Virus record (IMG/VR): IMGVR_UViG_3300021425_004041
Location: 1-64,000 of that record
Direction: 5' to 3' (one strand)
Source of the DNA: a virus
Taxonomy: Duplodnaviria; Caudoviricetes
Length of the DNA: 64,000 nucleotides
The stretch's first letter is position 1; each line of letters starts with the position of its first letter. Below, in pieces: positions 1 through 8,246 of this stretch. The notes below the pieces were generated by a model. It saw nothing but the letters and a program-made list of their open reading frames with translations. It was not told where the DNA came from and ran no database searches. The translations under genes and the position numbers were made by a program.

Positions 1-2199
1 TATTGCTGATGTAAGAGTTTGGAAAATCTCTGAGTTATTTCCAACATTTTCTTGCACTACGTTATTTTCATTTTTATTGTCATTTACTTTTTCTATTTCA
101 TCTGTTTTGATAGATGTCTTTTTCGTGTCTTGTGTTTCGTCTATTTGTGGAACTGTAACCTCTTTTGGATCTTCTTTTACTAGTTCTTCTTCTGAAAGAT
201 TTGTCTTTTTCGTGTCTTGTGTTTCGTCTATTTGTGGAACCGTAATCTCTTTTGGATCTTCATTTACTTTTTCTATTTCATCTGTTTTGATAGATGTCTT
301 TTTCGGGTCTTGTGTTTCGTCTATTTGTGGAACTTTTTCTTTATCCTTTGTTAAAAATTGTTGTAGTAAATCTTTATTATCACCTAGTAAATTTTGTAAA
401 ATCTCAGCTCCACTTTCAGTTAACGACTGTATTTCGTATTCTAACGCTTTTAGGTCCTCTGGACTTAAATTTTCTATTTCTCCTAGCTTATCTGCATAGA
501 GCTGTGCTAATTCCTGATTCTGTTTATCTTCCAGCTTCTTCCTCATGTCTGCTTTTGCCCTACCTGCTCCACCGCCTGCTTCTTCACTAAAAAATTCTGC
601 TCCTAATTCTCTACGCAATTTTGCCTTTTCAGACCCAATTTCAGTGTTAGCATATTGTTCATATAACTTCAATTGATCATCAGATATGCCTAGATCGGCT
701 CTCTCTTCCTTGGTTAATTTCTTTATTTCTTCAATTAAAGCTTTATCATCGTTTAACTTTAAAATATTTCCTGTCAAAGCATCTACTTTTTCTATCAATT
801 CTTTAGTAAAATTAGTAGCTGCTCCTGTTTGTACATCATCCTGGAACTCCCTCATCTGATCTTCATAATCAACTTCTGCTCCAAGTGCTGCCCTATTAAC
901 TGTCCGTTGAGCTTCAACCGTAACATCTGTTTGTGCTCTTTGAGCCGCTCCGATTGTCCTTCGTATTTCTCCACCTTCTGCCATCCCATCAAACTGTGCT
1001 GCAGTTTGATCAGTTGCTGCTTTAAGTGTATCATTCCATGCCCGTAAAAATGTAGCAGTGTCGCCGGTAATACCCTCAAGCCCTTCTATATTTCCTTTTA
1101 CCCTATCTATTATAGGTCCTATTTCTTCAAAAGCATCTGCTTGAGTTTTTGCAACATCACTGACTTGGGCAAGTGCAGCTAATCTTAATCCTTCCTCACT
1201 TTGAGCAAAAGCTGCAGCTTCTGCAGCAGCTTTTTCACTTAATTCTTTAGCTAATGCTATATCTCCTCTTTTTGTCGCTGCAGCAGCTTCTTCTAATAAT
1301 CCATATGTTTCGCTATTAAGTGAAGCAAAGTTTTTAGTTGCTTCACTCATAGGAACACCTGTTTGAATTAGATCATCTAATAAGTCTTGAACAACAGGTG
1401 CAGCTTGCTGTAACGCAGCCTGAGCACCTTCATATGCTTTACTTGCTCCTACTGCACCTCGTCTTTCAGCTAACTGCAGAGAAGCCTGGGTGGCACCAGA
1501 TTTTTTCCTTTGATTAATCTCATTTTGCATATCCTCTGCATTTTTGCCAGTTAATTTGCTAATAATTGTTAAAGATTTTGCATATTTGGCAGCTTGTTGA
1601 ATTTGTTGATTAGTTGATAGCCCTTGTAATCTCATACTCCTTTGATTTTGAGCAAGATACTTTACAGTAAATCCTGTTAATTCCTCTGTGCTGTATCCTA
1701 ACTCTCTAAATCTTACGTCCATTCCAGTATCACGCAGTGCTTGACCAATTGTACCAATTGCCTTTGCTCCGCCGTCAACTCCTCCTGCAAATCTCACAAG
1801 GTCTTTACTATTGCTGATAACAAGCTCAGCAAAGCCTGCTAATCCTAATCTAGAATCAGTTACAGATGTCCTTAATTGTATTAGATTACCAGATAATCCA
1901 CCTCCTACTTTGCTTAGATGTTCAAACGCAGTAATACCTGATTCAAAATAAGATGCAGCATCTGCTCCTACGTTTGCAAGAGATTGAAAAGTACTTCCTA
2001 ATACAGGAACTGCGCTTGATAGATTTCCAATGCCAGTAATTGTCTGTTGTAAACTTACAGTCCCTTGATTTAAAACTTGTGTAAACGAACCACTTGCACC
2101 TTCTAAGCTTTTAGTAAGGCTGTTGACCGATAAACCTGCTTTTTTTGCTTGCTCTAGCAATGTTTCCAATACTTTATCTAGTTCTTCTTGCGTTGGCAT
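1..2199 (-). CDS. Tape measure protein (3' end outside window)
   Basis: Read by hand from ATG at 2199 (MPTQEELDKVLETLLEQAKKAG...), AGGA RBS upstream, open to window edge (~733 codons). Ala/Gln/Glu-rich helical sequence (e.g. FRELGYSTEELTGFTVKY, SKLTGKNAEDMQNEI); adjacent to tail chaperone-like gene. Confidence 0.8.
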   Translation of the reverse strand, partial: MPTQEELDKVLETLLEQAKKAGLSVNSLTKSLEGASGSFTQVLNQGTVSLQQTITGIGNLSSAVPVLGSTFQSLANVGADAASYFESGITAFEHLSKVGGGLSGNLIQLRTSVTDSRLGLAGFAELVISNSKDLVRFAGGVDGGAKAIGTIGQALRDTGMDVRFRELGYSTEELTGFTVKYLAQNQRSMRLQGLSTNQQIQQAAKYAKSLTIISKLTGKNAEDMQNEINQRKKSGATQASLQLAERRGAVGASKAYEGAQAALQQAAPVVQDLLDDLIQTGVPMSEATKNFASLNSETYGLLEEAAAATKRGDIALAKELSEKAAAEAAAFAQSEEGLRLAALAQVSDVAKTQADAFEEIGPIIDRVKGNIEGLEGITGDTATFLRAWNDTLKAATDQTAAQFDGMAEGGEIRRTIGAAQRAQTDVTVEAQRTVNRAALGAEVDYEDQMREFQDDVQTGAATNFTKELIEKVDALTGNILKLNDDKALIEEIKKLTKEERADLGISDDQLKLYEQYANTEIGSEKAKLRRELGAEFFSEEAGGGAGRAKADMRKKLEDKQNQELAQLYADKLGEIENLSPEDLKALEYEIQSLTESGAEILQNLLGDNKDLLQQFLTKDKEKVPQIDETQDPKKTSIKTDEIEKVNEDPKEITVPQIDETQDTKKTNLSEEELVKEDPKEVTVPQIDETQDTKKTSIKTDEIEKVNDNKNENNVVQENVGNNSEIFQTLTSAI
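80..333 (-). repeat. Three in-frame coding tandem repeats (87/93-nt units) in the tape measure gene
   Basis: TCTTGTGTTTCGTCTATTTGTGGAAC occurs three times (ending at 153, 240, 333); 80-153 is almost identical to 260-333; encodes VPQIDETQD(P/T)KKT x3. Confidence 0.95.
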
Positions 2200-2236
2200 A
2201 AATATTTTCCTATAAAATTAACTGTTGTATTAATAC

Positions 2237-2242
2237 TATTTA
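2237..2242 (-). promoter_or_regulatory. Putative late promoter (TAAATA) for tape measure gene
   Basis: TATTTA on + strand ~40 nt upstream of the ATG at 2199; matches core of T4 late consensus TATAAATA; a + strand TAAATA at 2199-2204 faces the gp26-like gene. Confidence 0.5.
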
Positions 2243-2253
2243 TTTGGAGATTT

Positions 2254-3096
2254 ATGGCAAGCTTTCTAGATCAATTTACCCGTCAGCCTAAGATATTTGG
2301 AACTTTACCTAGTCAAGGAATCACATATAATGATGAAATAATCAGTGACATGAATGTGACTAGCATTCCTATTTTTGGAATGAATACTATGGATGAATTA
2401 ATTTTAAAAACACCCGACGCTTTATTTTCAGGTGAAGCTACAACTCTAGTGATTAAGAGTTGCATTCCTTCCATCTTAGATCCCTGGAAAATTTTAACTG
2501 CTGATATGGATTATTTGTTGATCGGTGTAAGAATTGCAACATATGGAGATAGATTACCTATTACAACAACATGTCCTAAATGCAAAGAGGAAACTAAGAG
2601 CGATCTGCATTTGCCTAGCTTACTAGACAACTATACTTCCCAAGAAGCTGTAGAAAAAATTACATACAACGGATTAGATCTCGATATTGTCCCTTTAACT
2701 TATGAAATCTCAACGAAAATATCAAAAGACAACTATCAAATGCAAAGAAGACTGTTACATATTGATGAACAAAAAGATTTACCAGATGAACAAAAAGATC
2801 TACAAAAACAAACAATTTACAAAAGTTTATCTATGTTAAATTTTGAGACTGTCTTACATCATGTTTATAGTATAAGTGACGGACAAAATGTAGAAACAGA
2901 CAAAGAAGAAATTTTTGCTTTCGTCAAAAATTCTGAGATAGGTTTATATAAATTAATAGAAGATGCTACGAATATAATTTCTAAAAAGTTTGCCCTACCT
3001 ACAGTTGATGTTGCCTGTGCAAGTGAAACATGTAATCACGTCTATAAAAGTGAAACTTCTTTTGATTATTCAAATTTTTTCGAAGTCAGATCTTAA
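2254..3096 (+). CDS. T4 gp26-like baseplate hub/tail assembly chaperone
   Basis: Likely start is ATG 2254 (GGAG at 2246-2249), not 2188. LPSQG, DELILKTPDALFSGEA, D.DYLLI.VRIATYG, CPKC zinc knuckle and C-terminal ..SNFF are typical of gp26-like proteins. Confidence 0.75.
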   Translation: MASFLDQFTRQPKIFGTLPSQGITYNDEIISDMNVTSIPIFGMNTMDELILKTPDALFSGEATTLVIKSCIPSILDPWKILTADMDYLLIGVRIATYGDRLPITTTCPKCKEETKSDLHLPSLLDNYTSQEAVEKITYNGLDLDIVPLTYEISTKISKDNYQMQRRLLHIDEQKDLPDEQKDLQKQTIYKSLSMLNFETVLHHVYSISDGQNVETDKEEIFAFVKNSEIGLYKLIEDATNIISKKFALPTVDVACASETCNHVYKSETSFDYSNFFEVRS

Positions 3097-3314
3097 AGCT
3101 CGATAGATCTGGCGTAGAACAATTAATTACTAAGCATGAGCAAGATCAAAAAACTATAAAATATAATATGTATAAGATTGGTTGGTACATGCGCGGAAGT
3201 TTAAGCTACACTGATTTAATGCGAAATATATCGGTTGACGACAAAGAAATAATGAATACAATTATAAAAGAAAACATTGATCTAAGTGTTCAAGCAAAGA
3301 TGCCTCTGCTGTAA
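3072..3314 (+). CDS. -1 frame extension of gp26-like gene (gp51-like / G-T type chaperone C-terminal part)
   Basis: Frame open 3066-3314 (KFFRSQILKLDRSGVEQLITKHEQDQKTIKYNMYKIGWYMRGSLSYTDLMRNISVDDKEIMNTIIKENIDLSVQAKMPLL*); begins at slippery A AAT TTT / T TTT TTC; first ATG only at 3168 with no clear RBS. Confidence 0.7.
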   Translation, partial: KFFRSQILKLDRSGVEQLITKHEQDQKTIKYNMYKIGWYMRGSLSYTDLMRNISVDDKEIMNTIIKENIDLSVQAKMPLL

Positions 3315-3316
3315 AT

Positions 3317-4351
3317 TTATTGTTTTATATGAGGAAAAAACTCTTGTAATGTTGACGTAATACGTTCAATGTCTAGATTCCTAACCATTCTAAGGAAAGT
3401 GGTTAACTTATCAATTACCCATCTATAGTTTTCAGGAACAAGTGCGAGTAATTCTTTTTGCTTACTTTCTAAGAGTGCTGCTGTTTCTTTTCCTTCTCCA
3501 AACGGTGTCATATTGCCAATACCAGAAATTAAAGAACAATCATCCATCAAAGACAACGATGAATAAACTGCAGTTTTACACCAATCTTCAATAGGTTCTT
3601 TAAAGTCTGCAGCAGAGAAAACGCTGTTAACAGCTTCTCCAGTCAGATACCCTCCTGCCAAAGCTACAAGTGCGGTTATTATAGCTGCAGCTCCTACAGT
3701 TGGAGCTAGACCAACTATAATTGGAGCTAATATACTAACTGTTATATAGCCGCCAGTACCCATAAACAATCCAGTAACTAAACGGTCAGTTAACAGTTCT
3801 ACTGATTCATCTATTTTTTTTCTAAAATAAGCAATGTCTACTGCTACCGGTCTTCCTGTATACGGACTAATATTGTTTCTGTTAAGTTTTTCACTACAAC
3901 CATTCAGTTCATAAGCTATTATGTAGCGTCTACTGTAAGTGATTACATCATCAGCAGCAGGAACCGTAATGGCTAATTTGAATAGCCATCCGCCAAACCA
4001 ACTTTTTGACCATTTTCGTGTTTTTTCTACTGTCTTCCTTTTTGCCTTTTTTAATTTTTCTTTATCTTTTTCTTTTTGTTTTTTATATTTGTCTTTGTCT
4101 TGTTGCTGATCTTCATCATTATATTTTTTCTTTTTAGTATCTTTAAAACGCTTTTTTTGGTTTTTATCTTCAGCATTTGCAGTTTTTGTAAGATTCTTTG
4201 CTTCAATTTTACCTTCATCACCTACAAATTCTTTATTAATATAATTCTTGTTTTCGATATCATATATTCGATAAACTGGTTGTCCTTTATCAAACGTTAA
4301 AGTTTGATGAATTACAAATCTTTCTTCATTTATTATTTGAGATACTAACAT
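3317..4351 (-). CDS. Hypothetical membrane protein, late-expressed
   Basis: 344-aa ORF with Lys-rich charged segment and long Gly/Ala hydrophobic stretch (GLFMGTGGYITVSILAPIIVGLAPTVGAAAIITALVALAGGYL); GGA RBS and TATAAATA upstream. Confidence 0.75.
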   Translation of the reverse strand: MLVSQIINEERFVIHQTLTFDKGQPVYRIYDIENKNYINKEFVGDEGKIEAKNLTKTANAEDKNQKKRFKDTKKKKYNDEDQQQDKDKYKKQKEKDKEKLKKAKRKTVEKTRKWSKSWFGGWLFKLAITVPAADDVITYSRRYIIAYELNGCSEKLNRNNISPYTGRPVAVDIAYFRKKIDESVELLTDRLVTGLFMGTGGYITVSILAPIIVGLAPTVGAAAIITALVALAGGYLTGEAVNSVFSAADFKEPIEDWCKTAVYSSLSLMDDCSLISGIGNMTPFGEGKETAALLESKQKELLALVPENYRWVIDKLTTFLRMVRNLDIERITSTLQEFFPHIKQ

Positions 4352-4371
4352 ATAATTTTATCCAATTACTG

Positions 4372-4379
4372 TATTTATA
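4372..4379 (-). promoter_or_regulatory. T4-type late promoter TATAAATA
   Basis: Exact TATAAATA on minus strand 21 nt upstream of ATG at 4351. Confidence 0.65.
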
Positions 4380-4380
4380 A

Positions 4381-4770
4381 TAATGAGCTACGCTCATTAG
4401 TGTTTTCGCTTACGCTCTAACACATTTCTTCTAGCATTAATAAATTAGAATCAATTAATGGTTCATGTAGATTGTTTTGGTCAGACGGAACCTGTACAAA
4501 GGTTCCAAGTCTTTTAGAAAATGTTTCATGTGAGTTGCATTTGCCGTGACTATGAAGTAGGTGTTTTGTACGACCCCAAGGGCTCCTGCCTTTCCCTTAC
4601 CTACACCGACATCATGTAAGTTAAACCTACACTATCCTCTGCTTCGTTCCTACCGCTAGAGGTTTTTAGGGGTTATCGTGAGTGAGACGCACCAGTATCC
4701 GGTGTTGTGTACAAACAACACCTCAAGATGGATTAGGCAACCCTAATCAAACAATGTCTCGTATATAGCC
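4381..4770 (-). ncRNA. Candidate structured non-coding RNA (or structured cis-element), family unassigned
   Basis: ORF-free, visibly more GC-rich than flanks, with many stems: 4381-4399, 4400-4423, 4487-4506, 4557-4604, 4636-4662, and 4684-4760 enclosing 4701-4722 and 4731-4748. Strand inferred from flanking minus-strand genes and a GC-GUAA-GC GNRA loop. Confidence 0.6.
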
Positions 4771-5286
4771 TTAAGCGCCTGTACAACAGGATTCAAATGC
4801 TTCTTTGTTCAATTCAAAGAAGTCATTGTAACCTGTAAGTCTCCAAGTGTTGTTAGCCTTGTCTGTGTAGTCTAAGTGCCTATTGGTTTTGAAGTTTTGT
4901 GGTAATTGGTATGCGATATATTTGCCTATTCGGTCAAATTTCATAAAGAGGATGTTCACATCGCCTTGGTCAGCTGCCTCAAGTGTTTGTTGTAGCCAGT
5001 TTTCAAGTTGTGGTATGGGGCCTTTAGTGAGTAATTGATGGAAGGGAAACCCTGCATAGTTTTTACACTCTGCATTGAAGTATTTCCAATGGTCAGGAGG
5101 AATAATATCTCCTTTATGGGCTCGTATTTGTCCTTCCGTAAGTCTTTCTCGACGATAATTGTTTTTACCGCCAGTAAAAGCACCACTGTCTGGAACTCTT
5201 GTAAATGAATTATTATACATTTCAGAGAGATGCTTTGCTATTTCTCTCTCGAACCCTTTGCCTTTTGATTTGCTTTTCGATGGCAT
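4771..5286 (-). CDS. Hjc-like Holliday junction resolvase (PD-(D/E)XK)
   Basis: KGKGFEREIAKHL, RVPDSGA, GDII and AECK motifs of archaeal/phage Hjc-type resolvases; downstream of gp46/47. Confidence 0.75.
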   Translation of the reverse strand: MPSKSKSKGKGFEREIAKHLSEMYNNSFTRVPDSGAFTGGKNNYRRERLTEGQIRAHKGDIIPPDHWKYFNAECKNYAGFPFHQLLTKGPIPQLENWLQQTLEAADQGDVNILFMKFDRIGKYIAYQLPQNFKTNRHLDYTDKANNTWRLTGYNDFFELNKEAFESCCTGA

Positions 5287-5458
5287 ACTTCTCGTGGATT
5301 TCTTTTTGTCTTTGTTTTGCTAAAGTAATTATCTTTCTTAAAGATCTCCGGCTTGAAGCGTGAGTCCTATGTGATAATTTACGCTCAAACTTCTCATTTT
5401 CGACAAAATATTCCATATATGCTTTTGTAAGCAAGTCATGCGTATCGTCAATTATCAT
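5222..5458 (-). CDS. Small basic hypothetical protein
   Basis: 78 aa, ATGA-coupled to gp46; helical, Arg/Lys-rich; overlaps resolvase by 65 nt. Confidence 0.65.
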   Translation of the reverse strand: MIIDDTHDLLTKAYMEYFVENEKFERKLSHRTHASSRRSLRKIITLAKQRQKEIHEKYAIEKQIKRQRVRERNSKASL

Positions 5459-7230
5459 ACTGCTACCTCTAAATCATTACTGTAAGATGTAAATCCATTT
5501 TCCTTAATAACTTTTAACACATGGTTAACTCTTCCAATTAGTTCATCCTTGTGACTAATAAGGAAAACATTTTTTTCTCGTTCTCTACCCATTTTTTTAA
5601 TTACTGCAAGTGAACCTTCTACTCCTGCAGTGTCCATCCCGCTGTCAATAAGTTCGTCAATGAATAATAAATTAATGTTTTGGTACAAACTCTCCCATAC
5701 ATCACGGAATGCAAAGCTCATACCAAGTATTAATCGATTCCTTTCGCCTCTGCTAAGGTTATCAAAGTCTAAATCCTGCCCAAGCTGGGTAATTTCTACT
5801 GCTAGATCGTTTTGGAACGTAACTTGATGTGGTAAACCTAGCCTATCTAGGTAATAAGTAAGCCTATTGTTGAGATATGCAAGATTTTGATCAATAATCT
5901 TCTTCCTAATGAACGAATCCTTGTTGGTTAACAACTTTAATAGGAATTCTTGATGCTCTTTATAGTCTGTAAGTGTGTTTACAGTATCCCAAACAATTTC
6001 TTGTAGTGCAGTATGAGACAATTCTTCAATTTGTTCTTGGTATGGATCTGTTTCTGCTAAGGTACGTTCTAATGTACTACGTAATTGTCCTACATTTTCT
6101 TTATGTTCGTATGCTTCCTTAACAGTATCATAAAAAGTGTCAGGCCTGCCATTAATATCACCAATTTCTATTAATCCTTGTTCAACATCTGTTAATTTTC
6201 TTGTGATTTCTGTTTGATATGTAACAGCATCTTCCAGCTCTTTGGACTTTTTATCTACCATTTCCTGTTTTTTGTCTGCATGTAGCGGTTGGTTACATGC
6301 ATAACATATAGCAGTTTCCAATTCTTCGATATCCTTTTTGACTTTATCAACTGTTTTATCTGCACGAGATAGAGCGCTCTCTAATGTAGCACGTTCCTTG
6401 TTTAGTGCTGTAATTGCGTTGTTGTGTTCATTCCAATCAGCGAGTTTTGTGTGTAAGTTTAGCTCGTTTTCAATGTCTAACTCTTCTAATTCGGTAATGC
6501 TACGTTGTAATTTACCGATTCCTTTTTCTTTTTGAGCTTTCCAGGCAGATTGTTTTAGTTTTAAGCTATCGATGCTATCTTGTATGTGTTCGTTACTGGT
6601 TTGAACTGCTCTAATCCGTGCTTCTTCTTCAGATATAGCTTCTTTGGTACTCCGTACCTGTTCTTTTAGCCGTTCTGCCTTTTCTGATAACAGTGTAATA
6701 CCTAATAGCTGTTCAATAATCATCCTTTGATCATTCTGTCGCATGTTAAGGAAAGGTTCCGTATAGGTATTAAGTGCAACAACATGTTTAAACATGTCAT
6801 GACTCATACCAAGTAGCTCATTTATAGCCTCTTGTGTCTTCCTACTGTCTCCTTGGCTCTCGTCTAGGATTTCCTGTTCTTGATTGTTAATATAAAACTT
6901 CATTACATTAGGGGATCTACCTCTTTCTATCCTATAGTCAGTATTATTCTTCTCAAAATGTAATGTAACCAGCATTCCCTTACTATTTGTCTTATTAATT
7001 AAGTTATTTCTCTTGATATTAGTAAGAGCTTGCCCATATAATGCGTATGATAGTGCATTAATAATAGTAGTTTTGCCTGTTCCATTACGAGATCCAGTAT
7101 CATCACCACCTTGATCTAAGTTCTCACCTAAAACTAATGTTAATTGTTCTTTGCTAAAATCTATGGCTTGCGTTTGATTACCAACGCTCATAAAGTTTTT
7201 AACTGTAAGGTCTTTTATTTTAATTGGCAT
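5455..7230 (-). CDS. gp46: Recombination endonuclease ATPase subunit (gp46/SbcC/Rad50)
   Basis: Walker A (NGTGKTT), coiled coil with CYAC zinc hook, signature LSRGE, Walker B LLFIDE, D-loop SGMD, ISH switch. Confidence 0.95.
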   Translation of the reverse strand: MPIKIKDLTVKNFMSVGNQTQAIDFSKEQLTLVLGENLDQGGDDTGSRNGTGKTTIINALSYALYGQALTNIKRNNLINKTNSKGMLVTLHFEKNNTDYRIERGRSPNVMKFYINNQEQEILDESQGDSRKTQEAINELLGMSHDMFKHVVALNTYTEPFLNMRQNDQRMIIEQLLGITLLSEKAERLKEQVRSTKEAISEEEARIRAVQTSNEHIQDSIDSLKLKQSAWKAQKEKGIGKLQRSITELEELDIENELNLHTKLADWNEHNNAITALNKERATLESALSRADKTVDKVKKDIEELETAICYACNQPLHADKKQEMVDKKSKELEDAVTYQTEITRKLTDVEQGLIEIGDINGRPDTFYDTVKEAYEHKENVGQLRSTLERTLAETDPYQEQIEELSHTALQEIVWDTVNTLTDYKEHQEFLLKLLTNKDSFIRKKIIDQNLAYLNNRLTYYLDRLGLPHQVTFQNDLAVEITQLGQDLDFDNLSRGERNRLILGMSFAFRDVWESLYQNINLLFIDELIDSGMDTAGVEGSLAVIKKMGREREKNVFLISHKDELIGRVNHVLKVIKENGFTSYSNDLEVAV

Positions 7231-8240
7231 TATAATTCATTGTAAATGTCTAACAGTGTGTTTTTGTTGAAGTTTTCGCTGTCAATTGCATTAATTTCTT
7301 TAGAAACAATTTCATCTACTGTTTCAAACTGGCTAATATCTAGTTCTGTTGATATTTCTTCAATCTGTTTCTGTGGAATAAGCACAATTTCTCTACAATT
7401 GTATTGCGATATATATGTTTCTTTGATAAATTGTGCTTCCTCATATGATATCGGTAGGTCTAGTGTAACCCTAAGATACATATTTGGTTTAATTATGTTT
7501 GCTTGTGGATCTAATAGCTTACTTAGTGTTGTAGTACGATACTTAGGAGCATCAGACCAATTAATATATTCAGGTGCAAGGTTATTTTCACGATCAAATA
7601 TCATCATACCACGTTCATCGTCACCTGCATCTGCATAGTTGTGGGGAAATGCATTACCGATATACTGTATCTTACCTTGTTTTTGACGTTTATGGAAGTG
7701 ACCACTGAACACAAGGTCTTGATTTTTGAAATGCTCAGGACGTAAATCACCATGTTCAGGCATTTTTACCATTGCATTCATATAAAAATGTGGTAATTCA
7801 AAGTGTCCAAACATGTATTTTGATTTACATTGCTCAATAAGTTTCCATTCATCGCCTACTAGCCAAGGTACAAGTGCAACATCGTCAATTTCTGTAAATG
7901 AGTTAACAAATTCTATACCTTCAATGTGCCTAGCAAAGTCAGTAGAACTTACATCACGCTTATCTTTATAGTATAAATCGTGATTACCTGTAAAAATATA
8001 AAAAGTGTCAAATGCTGCACCTAATTTTTCTAAACTACGGAGTGTGGCCTGCATAGTTGTGAGATTTAAACTATTACGATTGTGATGCCAGTCTCCGCAA
8101 AAAATTCCAGTATCGCATTTGTTTTCTTGTGCAGTTTTGATAAACCAGTCGATAAAGTTTTCACAATCGTCATTATGTATTTTACTATTACCTTTTAAAC
8201 CAAAATGTATATCAGTAAATACTGCTGCTTTTTTAAACAT
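7230..8240 (-). CDS. gp47: Recombination endonuclease nuclease subunit (gp47/SbcD/Mre11)
   Basis: Metallophosphoesterase motifs DIHFG, GD, GNHD, GH, SGHFH; TAATG-coupled to gp46. Confidence 0.95.
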   Translation of the reverse strand: MFKKAAVFTDIHFGLKGNSKIHNDDCENFIDWFIKTAQENKCDTGIFCGDWHHNRNSLNLTTMQATLRSLEKLGAAFDTFYIFTGNHDLYYKDKRDVSSTDFARHIEGIEFVNSFTEIDDVALVPWLVGDEWKLIEQCKSKYMFGHFELPHFYMNAMVKMPEHGDLRPEHFKNQDLVFSGHFHKRQKQGKIQYIGNAFPHNYADAGDDERGMMIFDRENNLAPEYINWSDAPKYRTTTLSKLLDPQANIIKPNMYLRVTLDLPISYEEAQFIKETYISQYNCREIVLIPQKQIEEISTELDISQFETVDEIVSKEINAIDSENFNKNTLLDIYNEL

Positions 8241-8246
8241 AAAAAT

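Noticed and set aside
80-333. Repeats as a CRISPR array
   Set aside because: Units are multiples of 3, in-frame within a CDS, and the 'spacers' are themselves duplicated; no cas genes.
77-1079. Short ORFs 77-499, 294-590, 829-1047 (+) and 852-1079 (-)
   Set aside because: Shadows of the long minus-strand tape measure frame that the ORF track missed because it has no stop in the window.
2188-2253. ORF-track start for gp26-like gene at 2188
   Set aside because: TTG start overlapping the divergent tape measure start; ATG 2254 has a GGAG RBS.
4381-4399. Rho-independent terminator
   Set aside because: Perfect hairpin but no convincing U-tract on either strand; kept as part of the structured element.
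4381-4770. tRNA, tmRNA, or group I/II intron in the structured gap
   Set aside because: No cloverleaf/TTCGA arm, no tag frame, flanking genes appear intact, and no clear P7 or domain V motif recognised by eye; needs cmscan to exclude formally.
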